Origin: Candidatus Eiseniibacteriota bacterium
Lineage (GTDB): Bacteria > Eisenbacteria > RBG-16-71-46
Reading direction: 5' to 3'
Assembly (NCBI GenBank): GCA_963707915.1
Contig: OY970178.1
Location: 2,432,001 to 2,496,000 of the forward strand
Length of the DNA stretch: 64,000 nt
This document shows positions 9,865 through 18,167 of this stretch, one piece after another. How positions within the stretch are numbered: the stretch's first letter is position 1; each line of letters begins with the position of its first letter. The notes below the pieces were generated by a model, which was not told where the DNA came from, made no database searches, and saw only the letters and a program-made list of their open reading frames with translations. The translations under genes were made by a program, and so were the position numbers.

Positions 9865-10665
9865 ATGGCCGCCCGCGAGCACGTCACCGCCCTGCTGGTC
9901 GGCGTCGCGGCGGGCCTCGCGGGCGGCCTCTTCGGCGTCGGCGGCGGGATCCTGCTCGTGCCGCTGCTCACCGGCGTGCTCTGCCTGAGCCAGCACCAGG
10001 CGCACGGCACGTCCCTCGCCGCCATCGGCGCGACGGCGCTCGCCTCCTTGCTGGTCTACGGCACGCACGGCCACGTGGACTGGGGCACGGCGGCGCTGGT
10101 GGGGGCGGCCAGCATGCTCACGGCGCGCTACGGCGCGCGCCTGGCCGCGCGCACCTCGCGGCGGAACCTGCGACGCGCCTTCGCGCTCCTGCTCGTGTTC
10201 GTCGCGCTGCGCCTGCTGTGGAAGGCGCCCGCGGCCGCGGGTTCGCCGTTCCACGGCGTCGTGCCCGCGGTGGGCTTCGACCTGCTGCTGGGCGCTGCGA
10301 TCGGCCTGCTGGCCGGGTTCATGGGGGTCGGGGGCGGCCTGCTCGCCGTGCCCGCCTTCGCGCTCGTGCTCGGGATGACGCAGCAGACGGCCCAGGGCAC
10401 CTCGCTCGCCGTCATCCTGCTCACCGCCCCGGCGGGCGCCTTCGAACACCATCGCCACGGCAACGTGTCGCTGCGGCTGGTCCCCGCGCTCGCGCTGGGG
10501 GCCGCGGCCGGCGGCCCGGCCGCGTCGTGGCTGGCGCAGTGGCTGCCACAGGCCGTCCTGGCCCGGGCGTTCGCGGTGTTCCTGCTGGCGAACGTGGTTC
10601 ACCTGTGGGCCCGCGCGGGCCGGGGCGCCCCACCCCGTGCCGACCGCGAGGCGACGGCGGGCTGA
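9865..10665 (+). CDS. Sulfite exporter TauE/SafE family membrane protein
   Basis: Twice-repeated G..GVGGG...VP and A.GTSL motifs; about 8 TM segments. Confidence 0.88.
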   Translation: MAAREHVTALLVGVAAGLAGGLFGVGGGILLVPLLTGVLCLSQHQAHGTSLAAIGATALASLLVYGTHGHVDWGTAALVGAASMLTARYGARLAARTSRRNLRRAFALLLVFVALRLLWKAPAAAGSPFHGVVPAVGFDLLLGAAIGLLAGFMGVGGGLLAVPAFALVLGMTQQTAQGTSLAVILLTAPAGAFEHHRHGNVSLRLVPALALGAAAGGPAASWLAQWLPQAVLARAFAVFLLANVVHLWARAGRGAPPRADREATAG

Positions 10666-10769
10666 GTCCCCCCGAAGTCCTTGCCTCTTCGGTCGTTCCG
10701 GGCCGTCGGCCGAGGGCTTCCGCGACGCCTCGTTCCCGCGCCCCGCGAACGGCTCCTCGCTTTCGATGC

Positions 10770-10948
10770 GGTTCGAGCAAGCGGCGGCCGATACGTGGGG
10801 TAACGGCAGAGGGCTGCCCGTGACCCGGCGTGGGATCGAGTCCATGGCGGGAAGCGCAGCCGACGTCCGCCTTCGCGCGGATCCGGATCCGGACCAGGGA
10901 CAGGGTCCGCCCGGCACCACGTTCCACGAACGGCATGGAGGTCCCAGT
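10770..10948 (+). promoter_or_regulatory. Conserved 5' leader, copy C (diverged)
   Basis: Shares GGTTCGAGCA, GGGCTGCCCG, GAGTCCA, GCAGCC, GCGGAT, GGAC..CAGGGTCC blocks with leaders at 12026 and/or 17039. Confidence 0.55.
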
Positions 10949-11647
10949 ATGCGCAGGATGGTCTTCGCGCTCCTCGCGCTCGGCGTCTTCGCGGCTTCGG
11001 CGGCGTTCGCGGCGAGCGACGTCCGCATCAGCCAGGTCTTCGGCGGCAACAGCGCCACCAACTTCTACAACCAGGACTACGTGGAGTTGTACAACTCCAG
11101 CGGATCGGACGTGGACATCAGCGGCTGGGCGGTCGAGTACTCGTCCAGCGCCTCCACCGCGGTCTGGGGCGGCAGCGGCTCCACCTGGCAGACCTACTTC
11201 GTGTTCCCGGCCGGCGCGACGATCAAGGGCTGCGGGTACGTGCTCCTGGGCGGCGCCGAGACCGCCGGCGGCACGGCGATCCCCGCCGCGCTGGACTACG
11301 AGGTCGAGGGCGTCGGCTACATGAACCTCTCGACCAGCAGCGGCCGCGTGGGCCTGTTCAGCTCCTTCTACGCGGGCGCGGGTTGCGGCGCCGAGGGCGT
11401 CGTGCTGCTGGACAAGGTCGCGTACGGCACCGCGGCCTGCCCCGAGGGCACGGCTTCGGCCCCGGCGCCGTCGGGCGTCCTGGCGATCTTCCGCGGAGAC
11501 GGCGGTGCTCTCGACACCGATGAGAACTCGACCGACTTCGTCACCGGCACACCCGCGCCGCGCAACTCGACGTCGGCGACGAACGTGCTTTGCACCGTGC
11601 CGGCAATCCCCACCACGTGGGGCCAGCTCAAGAGTCGCTATCGGTAG
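10949..11647 (+). CDS. Secreted lamin-tail-domain (LTD) protein with TWG..K..YR tag
   Basis: Signal peptide; VRISQVFGG...DYVELYN..G..VDISGW.V.YSS LTD signature; DTDENSTDF..GTPAPRNS; ends TTWGQLKSRYR. Confidence 0.88.
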   Translation: MRRMVFALLALGVFAASAAFAASDVRISQVFGGNSATNFYNQDYVELYNSSGSDVDISGWAVEYSSSASTAVWGGSGSTWQTYFVFPAGATIKGCGYVLLGGAETAGGTAIPAALDYEVEGVGYMNLSTSSGRVGLFSSFYAGAGCGAEGVVLLDKVAYGTAACPEGTASAPAPSGVLAIFRGDGGALDTDENSTDFVTGTPAPRNSTSATNVLCTVPAIPTTWGQLKSRYR

Positions 11648-11670
11648 AGCCCCCGGGCTCAGGATGCTCG

Positions 11671-11699
11671 CGAGGCCCCGCCGGTCCGGCGGGGCCTCG
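11671..11699 (+). terminator. GC-rich hairpin
   Basis: CGAGGCCCCGCCGG-T-CCGGCGGGGCCTCG; same outer stem as 12935-12963. Confidence 0.6.
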
Positions 11700-11990
11700 T
11701 CGCTTGGCGGGCAGGGCCGGCAGCCGTTGCCCCGGGCCCGGTGCGGCCGGCCCGGTGCGGCCGGCCCGGCGTCGCGCCGCCGCGGCGGCGACCGCCGCAG
11801 GTCGTTCCGGCTCGGGCCTTTACGGCCGATCCTCCGATGAGCCTCGTGCCCCGCCGTGGGCCGGGCCGGGCCCGGGCAAGAGGCCCCAGCCGACGAACGA
11901 TGTAACAACGGGTTGGACGGCGACCGTGCGAAGTGCAACGGATTTCAGGGGTTCCGAGCCGTCACCCGCGAGTTCGGCAGGGCGTTACAC

Positions 11991-12019
11991 TTGAATTCCG
12001 CGCGACGTGATCCTATGAT
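11991..12019 (+). promoter_or_regulatory. Sigma70-like promoter
   Basis: TTGAAT-17nt-TATGAT; predicted TSS near 12026. Confidence 0.65.
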
Positions 12020-12025
12020 TATCCA

Positions 12026-12201
12026 GGTTCGAGCAGTGCAGCAAGGGTTGCTGAGATAGCAGCAGAAGGGGCCGCCCGTCCCCCGATACAGGCGCCAGTC
12101 CACCGTGGGAACCGCAGCCAGAGTCCACCTCCAGGCGGATAGGGACAAAGGTCAGGGTCCGCACGACACCGCAGTCCACGCACCACAGGGAGACCCACCC
12201 A
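12026..12201 (+). promoter_or_regulatory. Conserved structured 5' leader, copy A (candidate cis-regulatory RNA)
   Basis: Shares long exact blocks with 17039-17211 (TCCACCTCCAGGCGGATA, AAGGTCAGGGTCC, CACGCACCACAGGGAGACCC). Confidence 0.6.
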
Positions 12202-12915
12202 ATGCGTAAGCTGGTTATCGCTCTTCTCGCGCTCGGCGTCTTCGCGGCTTCTTCGGCGTTCGCGGCGAGCGACGTCCGCATCAGCCAGGTCTTCGGCGGC
12301 AACAGCGCCACCAACTATTACAACCAGGACTACATCGAGCTGTTCAACTCCAGCGGCGTGGACGTGGACATCAGCGGCTGGGCGGTCCAGTACTCGTCCA
12401 GCGCGGCCACCGCGGGCTGGGGCAGCAGCGGCGCCACCTATGCGACCTTCTTCGTGTTCCCGGCTGGCGCGAAGATCAAGGCCTGCTCGTACCTGCTCCT
12501 GGGCTGCGCCGAGACCACTGGTGCCACCAACACGATCCCGGTCGCGTTTGATTACGAAGTCCCGGGCGTTGGCTACCTGAACCTGTCGGCCACCACCGGC
12601 AAGGTGGGTCTGTTCAGCTCGCCGTACACGGCTACGGGAGTCTGCCCGGACGCGGTGGCGGTCCCCACGCTGCTGGACAAGGTGGCGTTTGGCACTGCCG
12701 GTTGCCCCGAGGGCGCTGCTTCCGCCCCGGCGCCGTCGGGCACGCTGGCGATCTTCCGCGCCAACGGCGGCATGCAGGACACCGATCAGAACGGTGCCGA
12801 CTTCACCACCGGCACGCCGGCTCCGCGCAATTCGCTGACGGCAATCAACCCGCTTTGCTCGCCCGTGCCGGCCGTGCCGACCACGTGGGGCAAGGTGAAG
12901 ACCATCTATCGGTAG
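12202..12915 (+). CDS. Secreted lamin-tail-domain protein with TWG..K..YR tag (tandem paralog of 10949-11647)
   Basis: Signal peptide, LTD signature, colinear with upstream paralog; ends TTWGKVKTIYR. Confidence 0.9.
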   Translation: MRKLVIALLALGVFAASSAFAASDVRISQVFGGNSATNYYNQDYIELFNSSGVDVDISGWAVQYSSSAATAGWGSSGATYATFFVFPAGAKIKACSYLLLGCAETTGATNTIPVAFDYEVPGVGYLNLSATTGKVGLFSSPYTATGVCPDAVAVPTLLDKVAFGTAGCPEGAASAPAPSGTLAIFRANGGMQDTDQNGADFTTGTPAPRNSLTAINPLCSPVPAVPTTWGKVKTIYR

Positions 12916-12928
12916 TTTTCGCACGGTA

Positions 12929-12970
12929 CCAACGCGAGGCCCCGCCCATCGGGCGGGGCCTCGACGTTGG
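12929..12970. terminator. Hairpin between convergent genes
   Basis: CCAACG-CGAGGCCCCGCCC-ATC-GGGCGGGGCCTCG-A-CGTTGG. Confidence 0.6.
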
Positions 12971-13015
12971 ATGGCCAGACGTTGTGGTGAGCTGGAACGC
13001 GCGCGGCCGTCGCCG

Positions 13016-15310
13016 TCAGGGCGCGAAGTGGAAGGGTCGGCCTGCTCTGTAACATGCGAGCTGCGCGGCGAAACGGCTGGCGGCCGCGGCGTCGCGCTCC
13101 GCGCGCGCCAGTTCGACGGCGCGCCTGCCTGCGCTGACCGCATCCCGGAATCGCCCCGCCTCCGCGTAGGCCGCCGCCAGCGTGCTGTAGAGCACCGCGA
13201 CCGGCGTCTTGCTGCGGTCCCGGGCCTGCTCGGCCATGCGGACGGCCTCGGCACCGTCTCGGCGCCGCGGGTCGGGGTGGGTCGCCCGGATCCAGGCGAT
13301 GTTGTTGAGTGCGTCCAGGTCGCTCGAATCCCTGCCCACCAGGACCCGGTATTCCGCGATCGCCTCCTCGACCCGGCCCGTGCGCGTGAGCGTGACCGCG
13401 AGCAGACGGCGATCTGCATCGTCCCTGGGCCGCAGCTTGACCACGCGCTTCAACGCGTCGGCGGCCTCGTTCAGCCGACCCTGCTGGCCGAGCGCGCCGG
13501 CCAGCTCCGTCAACGACCGCAGGTAGTCGGGATCGAGGCGCAGCGCGGCCTCGTACTCGGCGATGGCCTCGTCCACGCGGCCCAGCTTCATCAGCGTGCG
13601 CGCGATGTTGTGGTGGATGAGCGCGCTGTCGTCGGTCTTGAGGGCCAGCCGGAAGTGGGCCAGCGCCTCCTGGTAGTGCCCGCGCGCGGCCAGCGTGCTG
13701 CCGAGGTTCACGTGGACCTTAGCGATGTCCCGCGTCCGGAGCACCTCGCGCAGTTGCGCGATCGCCTCGTCCAGCCGGCCCAGCTTGGCCAGTGCGCCGG
13801 CAAGGTTCAGGCGGGCGTCGGCATAGCCCGGGGCCACCCGCAGCACGTCCTCGAAGTGCCGCATGGCCGGCTGGATGCGCCCGGCATCGAGCAACTCGCT
13901 GCCCAGACACTGGTTCGCCGTCGGGTTCGTGGGATCCAGTTCGAGCGTGTAAGTGAAGAGCGTGTGGTTGTCCTTCCACAGGGCGACCTGCCGCGCGGTG
14001 CCCACGGCGCCGGCCACGACCAGTGCGACGGCGGCGACGGCGGCGGCGATGCGCGCGGAGCGGCCGCGCGGCCAGACCTCGTCCACCGTCCAGACCGCGG
14101 CGATCATGAAACCGATGACCGTCAGGTAGGTGTAGCGGTCGGCGTAGGCCTGCATGCCCACCTGCACGAGCCCGATGACCGGCAGCAACATGCCCACGTA
14201 CCAGAGCCAGCCCACCGTGATGTGGGGGCGCGCCCGCCCCCACCACAGGGCCAGCGCGGTGGTGACCAGCAGGGCCGCGGCCGCCAGCATGCCACGGCCG
14301 CCGATGTCGAAGGTCATCTGGTGGAACGGCATCAGGTCGTGCGGCCAGAAGGTCAGCCCCAGGTAACGCCAGTAGGAGAGCGAAGCGTTGAGCACGCGGA
14401 AGCTCCACGACAGGTTCCCCTCGCCGACCACGGCCCCGGTCGCCCGCTGGACGAAGAACGTGGTCGTCGCCTGGGCCAGCACCAGCAGGAACATCGGCCA
14501 CTTCTCGGCGAGCAGGCCGGGCAGCCCGAGGACCGGCGCGCCGCAGGGGGCCCCGGCGGGACGCGCGCGCAGGGGCCAGCCCCGCAGCCGGCCCAGCGGC
14601 CAGATGTCCAGCAGCACGAGGACGAAGGGCAGCGTCACCAGCATGGGCTTGGACATCAGGCCGAGAGCGAGGAGGACCACGACCAGCGCGTAGCGTCCGC
14701 GCCCGGGGCGCTCCGCCCAGCGCGCGTAGGTCCACAGCACGAGCATGAAGAAGAAGCCGCTCAGGACGTCCTTGAGCTCCGAGATCCACGCCACGGATTC
14801 GACCCGCAGCGGGTGCACCGCGAACAGCGCGGCCACGAACAGGCTCTTCCACCAGGACCGCGTGAGCCGGCCCAGGGCCAGGGCCAGCAGCAGCGCGTTC
14901 AGGACGTGCAACACCAGATTCACCGCGTGGTGGGCCCCGGCCTCCAGGCCGAAGGCCTGCGCAGTGAGCATGTGGACCACGGAGGTGAGGGGATGGAAGT
15001 TCCCGCCGTGGGGCGAGTGCAGGATCCAGCGCAATCCGTCCAACGTGAGCCCATTGCTGATGTGCGGGTTCGCACTCACGTACTCGGGGTCGTCGTAGAG
15101 GATCCAGCCGCTGCGCAGCACCCCCGCGAACGCGGCGACGGTCACGCCGGCCAGCAGTGCCAGCGACGCCGGGCGCTGGAGCCGGGCCCAGAGGACCGCG
15201 GGCGTGACGGGCGCCGGGGCCGCGGCGGCCGGCGGGGACGGCGGGGCGACGGGGTCGGGCGCGGGGCTCGGGCCGGGGGAATGCGGGCGGGGTCTCCTCA
15301 CTCGCGGCAT
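13016..15310 (-). CDS. TMTC-like GT-C membrane glycosyltransferase with C-terminal TPR repeats
   Basis: WILYDDPEYV (DD motif), NFHPLT, HHAVNLVLH..N, LFAVHPLRVESVAWISE.KD, MSKPM.VTLP, ADRYTYL, then TPRs and ALNNIAWI.AT; start inferred. Confidence 0.85.
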   Translation of the reverse strand: MPRVRRPRPHSPGPSPAPDPVAPPSPPAAAAPAPVTPAVLWARLQRPASLALLAGVTVAAFAGVLRSGWILYDDPEYVSANPHISNGLTLDGLRWILHSPHGGNFHPLTSVVHMLTAQAFGLEAGAHHAVNLVLHVLNALLLALALGRLTRSWWKSLFVAALFAVHPLRVESVAWISELKDVLSGFFFMLVLWTYARWAERPGRGRYALVVVLLALGLMSKPMLVTLPFVLVLLDIWPLGRLRGWPLRARPAGAPCGAPVLGLPGLLAEKWPMFLLVLAQATTTFFVQRATGAVVGEGNLSWSFRVLNASLSYWRYLGLTFWPHDLMPFHQMTFDIGGRGMLAAAALLVTTALALWWGRARPHITVGWLWYVGMLLPVIGLVQVGMQAYADRYTYLTVIGFMIAAVWTVDEVWPRGRSARIAAAVAAVALVVAGAVGTARQVALWKDNHTLFTYTLELDPTNPTANQCLGSELLDAGRIQPAMRHFEDVLRVAPGYADARLNLAGALAKLGRLDEAIAQLREVLRTRDIAKVHVNLGSTLAARGHYQEALAHFRLALKTDDSALIHHNIARTLMKLGRVDEAIAEYEAALRLDPDYLRSLTELAGALGQQGRLNEAADALKRVVKLRPRDDADRRLLAVTLTRTGRVEEAIAEYRVLVGRDSSDLDALNNIAWIRATHPDPRRRDGAEAVRMAEQARDRSKTPVAVLYSTLAAAYAEAGRFRDAVSAGRRAVELARAERDAAAASRFAAQLACYRAGRPFHFAP

Positions 15311-15321
15311 CCTATGCGGAA

Positions 15322-16725
15322 TCATCCATCGACGGTAGTGGCGCCGGGCTTGGCCAGCGTCCGCATGGGGCGCACCGCGCGTCCGTCGCCGCTCGCGGGC
15401 GGGCGGCCGGAGACGAGCTGGTAGGCCGGGTCGAAGAGGATGACGGGCGGCCGCGTGCGGCGATCGATGCTGCGGTAGAGGGTGTCGAAGAAGACCGCCA
15501 CCTCGGCGGGATCGTCGCCGCGGCGGGGCAGCGGGACGCCCTCGAACGGATCGAACCCGTGGCGCCGGATGAAGCGCTCGCGCGGCAGCGGGTTCGTGAG
15601 GATCGTGGTGTTGATGACCTCGAGGTCGCGCTTCTCGCCCTGCAGCCACTGGTACACCCGCAGGCGCTGGTACCCGTCGTCGGGCCAGAAGACCATCCCG
15701 CTGTCCGACGGAATGGAGTTCCACCGCGCGCGCAGCACCGCGACCACGAGCAGCGCGAGCACCGGGAACAGGAAGGGATAGATGTCGTGGGCGAGCACGC
15801 GCTGTTCCTCGGGGTAGGGCGCGAAGCGGCCGAGCATGTACCGGTACATCGCCCCCGTGGCGTGCTGGTAGAAGTCCCGGACCGACGGGCCGAGGGTGGG
15901 CCAGTTCGCCGGACCATGGCCCTGCGCCCGGAAGTAGAGCAGGGCATAGCTCGAGAGCGGCACGAGGCTGGCGACCGGGCCGAGCCACACGAGCTCCGCC
16001 CGCAGGCGGCGCGCCTTCCACAGCGCCCACAGGAGGCCGAGCGACAGCGGAACGAAGACCCAGGCCGCGGTGACGTGGTGGGCGAGCCCGGCGCCGCAGA
16101 GGAGTCCCCAGAGCACCGCGCTCCAGCGCAGCCGGCCCGTGGACGCGCCCGCGCGAGAGTCGAGCCGGCGGACCAGCCCCACGAAGAAGAGGCACATCCC
16201 GCCCACCAGCGCGAGGTGCCAGCTATAGACCTCGCTGGCGGTGGTCACGTCGGTCCATGCGGGGTTGAGGGCGAAGAGCGGCAGCGGCAGCAGGCCGACC
16301 AGGAATCGCGCCCGCCGTCCGAGCGCGGCCTCGGGCGGGACGAGGCGCACCGCGAGCGCGTGCAGGAAGAACACCGTCACCCCGCCACCCAGCGCACTCC
16401 AGGCGCTCGCGGCATAGGCCCAGCCCGCACCGAGGGCGTGCATCGCGTGCACGAACCCGCCGCCCAGCAGGGTGTAGAGCGGGTAGCCGGTGGGATGGGC
16501 GATGCCGTCCAGGGCGAGGGCCAGGGTGAGCTCGCTCGAGTCGCCGTCGCCCGGAACGGCAGGGGCCAGCAGCAGGTAGACCGCCAGCGCCATGAGCGCG
16601 GGGAGCACGGACCAGAGGATCGGCAGGGCGCGGGCCGACCGGGATTCGGCCCCGGCGGCGCCGCGGTCCCGGGAAGGGTCTTCCCGGCTCGTCGGTCCGC
16701 GTTTCGATCCCACCGGTCTTGCCAT
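15322..16725 (-). CDS. DUF2723 / TMEM260-like membrane glycosyltransferase
   Basis: GDSSELT.....GIAHPTGYPLYTLLG, W..T.SEVY, GLAHH motifs; multiple TM helices. Confidence 0.8.
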   Translation of the reverse strand: MARPVGSKRGPTSREDPSRDRGAAGAESRSARALPILWSVLPALMALAVYLLLAPAVPGDGDSSELTLALALDGIAHPTGYPLYTLLGGGFVHAMHALGAGWAYAASAWSALGGGVTVFFLHALAVRLVPPEAALGRRARFLVGLLPLPLFALNPAWTDVTTASEVYSWHLALVGGMCLFFVGLVRRLDSRAGASTGRLRWSAVLWGLLCGAGLAHHVTAAWVFVPLSLGLLWALWKARRLRAELVWLGPVASLVPLSSYALLYFRAQGHGPANWPTLGPSVRDFYQHATGAMYRYMLGRFAPYPEEQRVLAHDIYPFLFPVLALLVVAVLRARWNSIPSDSGMVFWPDDGYQRLRVYQWLQGEKRDLEVINTTILTNPLPRERFIRRHGFDPFEGVPLPRRGDDPAEVAVFFDTLYRSIDRRTRPPVILFDPAYQLVSGRPPASGDGRAVRPMRTLAKPGATTVDG

Positions 16726-17003
16726 GACCGGGCATCCTATCTCACGCGCCCCGGCTGGCAAGCGGGCGAAGCGCGACGCGGCGCCGGGATGCCTGGCTCC
16801 GCCGCGGCCACCGCGGCCCATCCAGGCCCGGGCCGTCGCGGCGGCCCGGATGCCGGACGTCATGCACTTGCGGGCCGATCCCGGCCCGGGTGAAAACCCC
16901 CGATACCACCGCCCACGGGACAGCGAGCTGAACCGTTGGCGGCGTGGCGACGCGATCTTCGGGAGATCCCGCCCGGATCCGCGCGCCTTCCCCGGTTCTC
17001 TCC

Positions 17004-17032
17004 TTGTGTCGTGCGCACGGGTTCAATATGCT
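17004..17032 (+). promoter_or_regulatory. Sigma70-like promoter
   Basis: TTGTGT-17nt-TATGCT, at nearly the same distance from the ATG as the promoter at 11991. Confidence 0.55.
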
Positions 17033-17038
17033 TGTCGT

Positions 17039-17211
17039 GCTCCAACGTGCGCCGACGTCGGGAGGACAGTGCCAGCAGGGCTGCCCGTCCCCGGACGACG
17101 GGCGCGAGTCCACCGTGAGAACCGCAGCCCGACTCCACCTCCAGGCGGATACGGACGAAGGTCAGGGTCCCCACGACATCACGGTTCACGCACCACAGGG
17201 AGACCCCCAAC
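17039..17211 (+). promoter_or_regulatory. Conserved structured 5' leader, copy B
   Basis: Near-identical to 12070-12201; perfect stem GCCCGTC/GACGGGC at 17083-17103. Confidence 0.6.
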
Positions 17212-17943
17212 ATGCGCAGAATGGTTATCACTCTCCTCGCTCTCGGCGTTTTCGCGGCGTCGGCAGCCTCCGCTGCCACTTTCTGGAGTGAGACGTTCAG
17301 CTACGCGAACGGCGGACTCGTGGCCAACTCGGGCGGAAACTGGGTCGGGCACAGCACGAGCACGTCCACCACCTACATCGACATCCAGGTCGTCAACGGC
17401 GAAGCCGTGCTCATCGGTGCCAACGGCCAGGACGACAGCCGCAACTTCACCGCCCGGAGCGCCTCGGCGGCAACGTATGCCTGCTTCCAGATGAAGTTGA
17501 CGGGAACGGAGACCTCCGGCAGCTCCTACGTCACACACTTCAAGAACAACAGCACCGGGTTCGTGAGCCAGGTGTTCGTCTTCCCGACCGGCGCCACCAC
17601 GTTCAACATCGGCATCAACTCCACCTCCGCGGTCCCGACCGGTGCCTCCATCTGGCCGACCCCGCTCACCAAGGGCACCTTCTACACGATCGCCATCCGG
17701 TACAATGCGGCCACCGGCGTCTCGACGCTCTGGGTGGACCCGCAGAGCGAATCGAGCGCGAGCATCAACTCGACGACCACCACCATTGGCACCCTGATTT
17801 CCGGATTCGCGCTTCGCCAGGCCACCGGCGCCAGCACGACCTTCGACAACATCCAGGTCGGCGACGCCTTTGCCGATCTTTGCCCGGCAGTCGTGCCCAC
17901 CAACAGCAGCACCTGGGGCCAGCTGAAGTCCCTGTACCGGTAG
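17212..17943 (+). CDS. Secreted Ser/Thr-rich beta-sandwich-like protein with TWG..K..YR tag
   Basis: Signal peptide nearly identical to the LTD paralogs, unrelated mature domain (FWSETFSYANG...FDNIQVG); ends STWGQLKSLYR. Confidence 0.85.
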   Translation: MRRMVITLLALGVFAASAASAATFWSETFSYANGGLVANSGGNWVGHSTSTSTTYIDIQVVNGEAVLIGANGQDDSRNFTARSASAATYACFQMKLTGTETSGSSYVTHFKNNSTGFVSQVFVFPTGATTFNIGINSTSAVPTGASIWPTPLTKGTFYTIAIRYNAATGVSTLWVDPQSESSASINSTTTTIGTLISGFALRQATGASTTFDNIQVGDAFADLCPAVVPTNSSTWGQLKSLYR

Positions 17944-17974
17944 GTTTCGTCCGCGGGCGACCGCGTTCGCTTCA

Positions 17975-18008
17975 CACCAGGGCCCGGCTGCGAAGCCGGG
18001 CCCTGGTG
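17975..18008 (+). terminator. GC-rich hairpin with GNRA loop
   Basis: CACCAGGGCCCGGCT-GCGA-AGCCGGGCCCTGGTG, perfect 15-bp stem. Confidence 0.65.
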
Positions 18009-18167
18009 CTGGTGGGCGACTGGGTCCAGGTCGCCGCCGGGTGGTAGAATCGAGGCCGGATCCACGGATCCGCATCGTCTGCCACGGTCCCGATTGGCGG
18101 CCCGCCGCCCTGGCCCCGCCCTGCTGAGTCTCCCCGAAACTCGCTCCCGAAAGGCGGGCTGGACACC

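Noticed and set aside
11985..17279. Two similar minus-strand ORFs (11985-12314 and 16860-17279)
   Set aside because: The similarity is the reverse complement of the shared leader and signal-peptide DNA; no RBS and they overlap real genes
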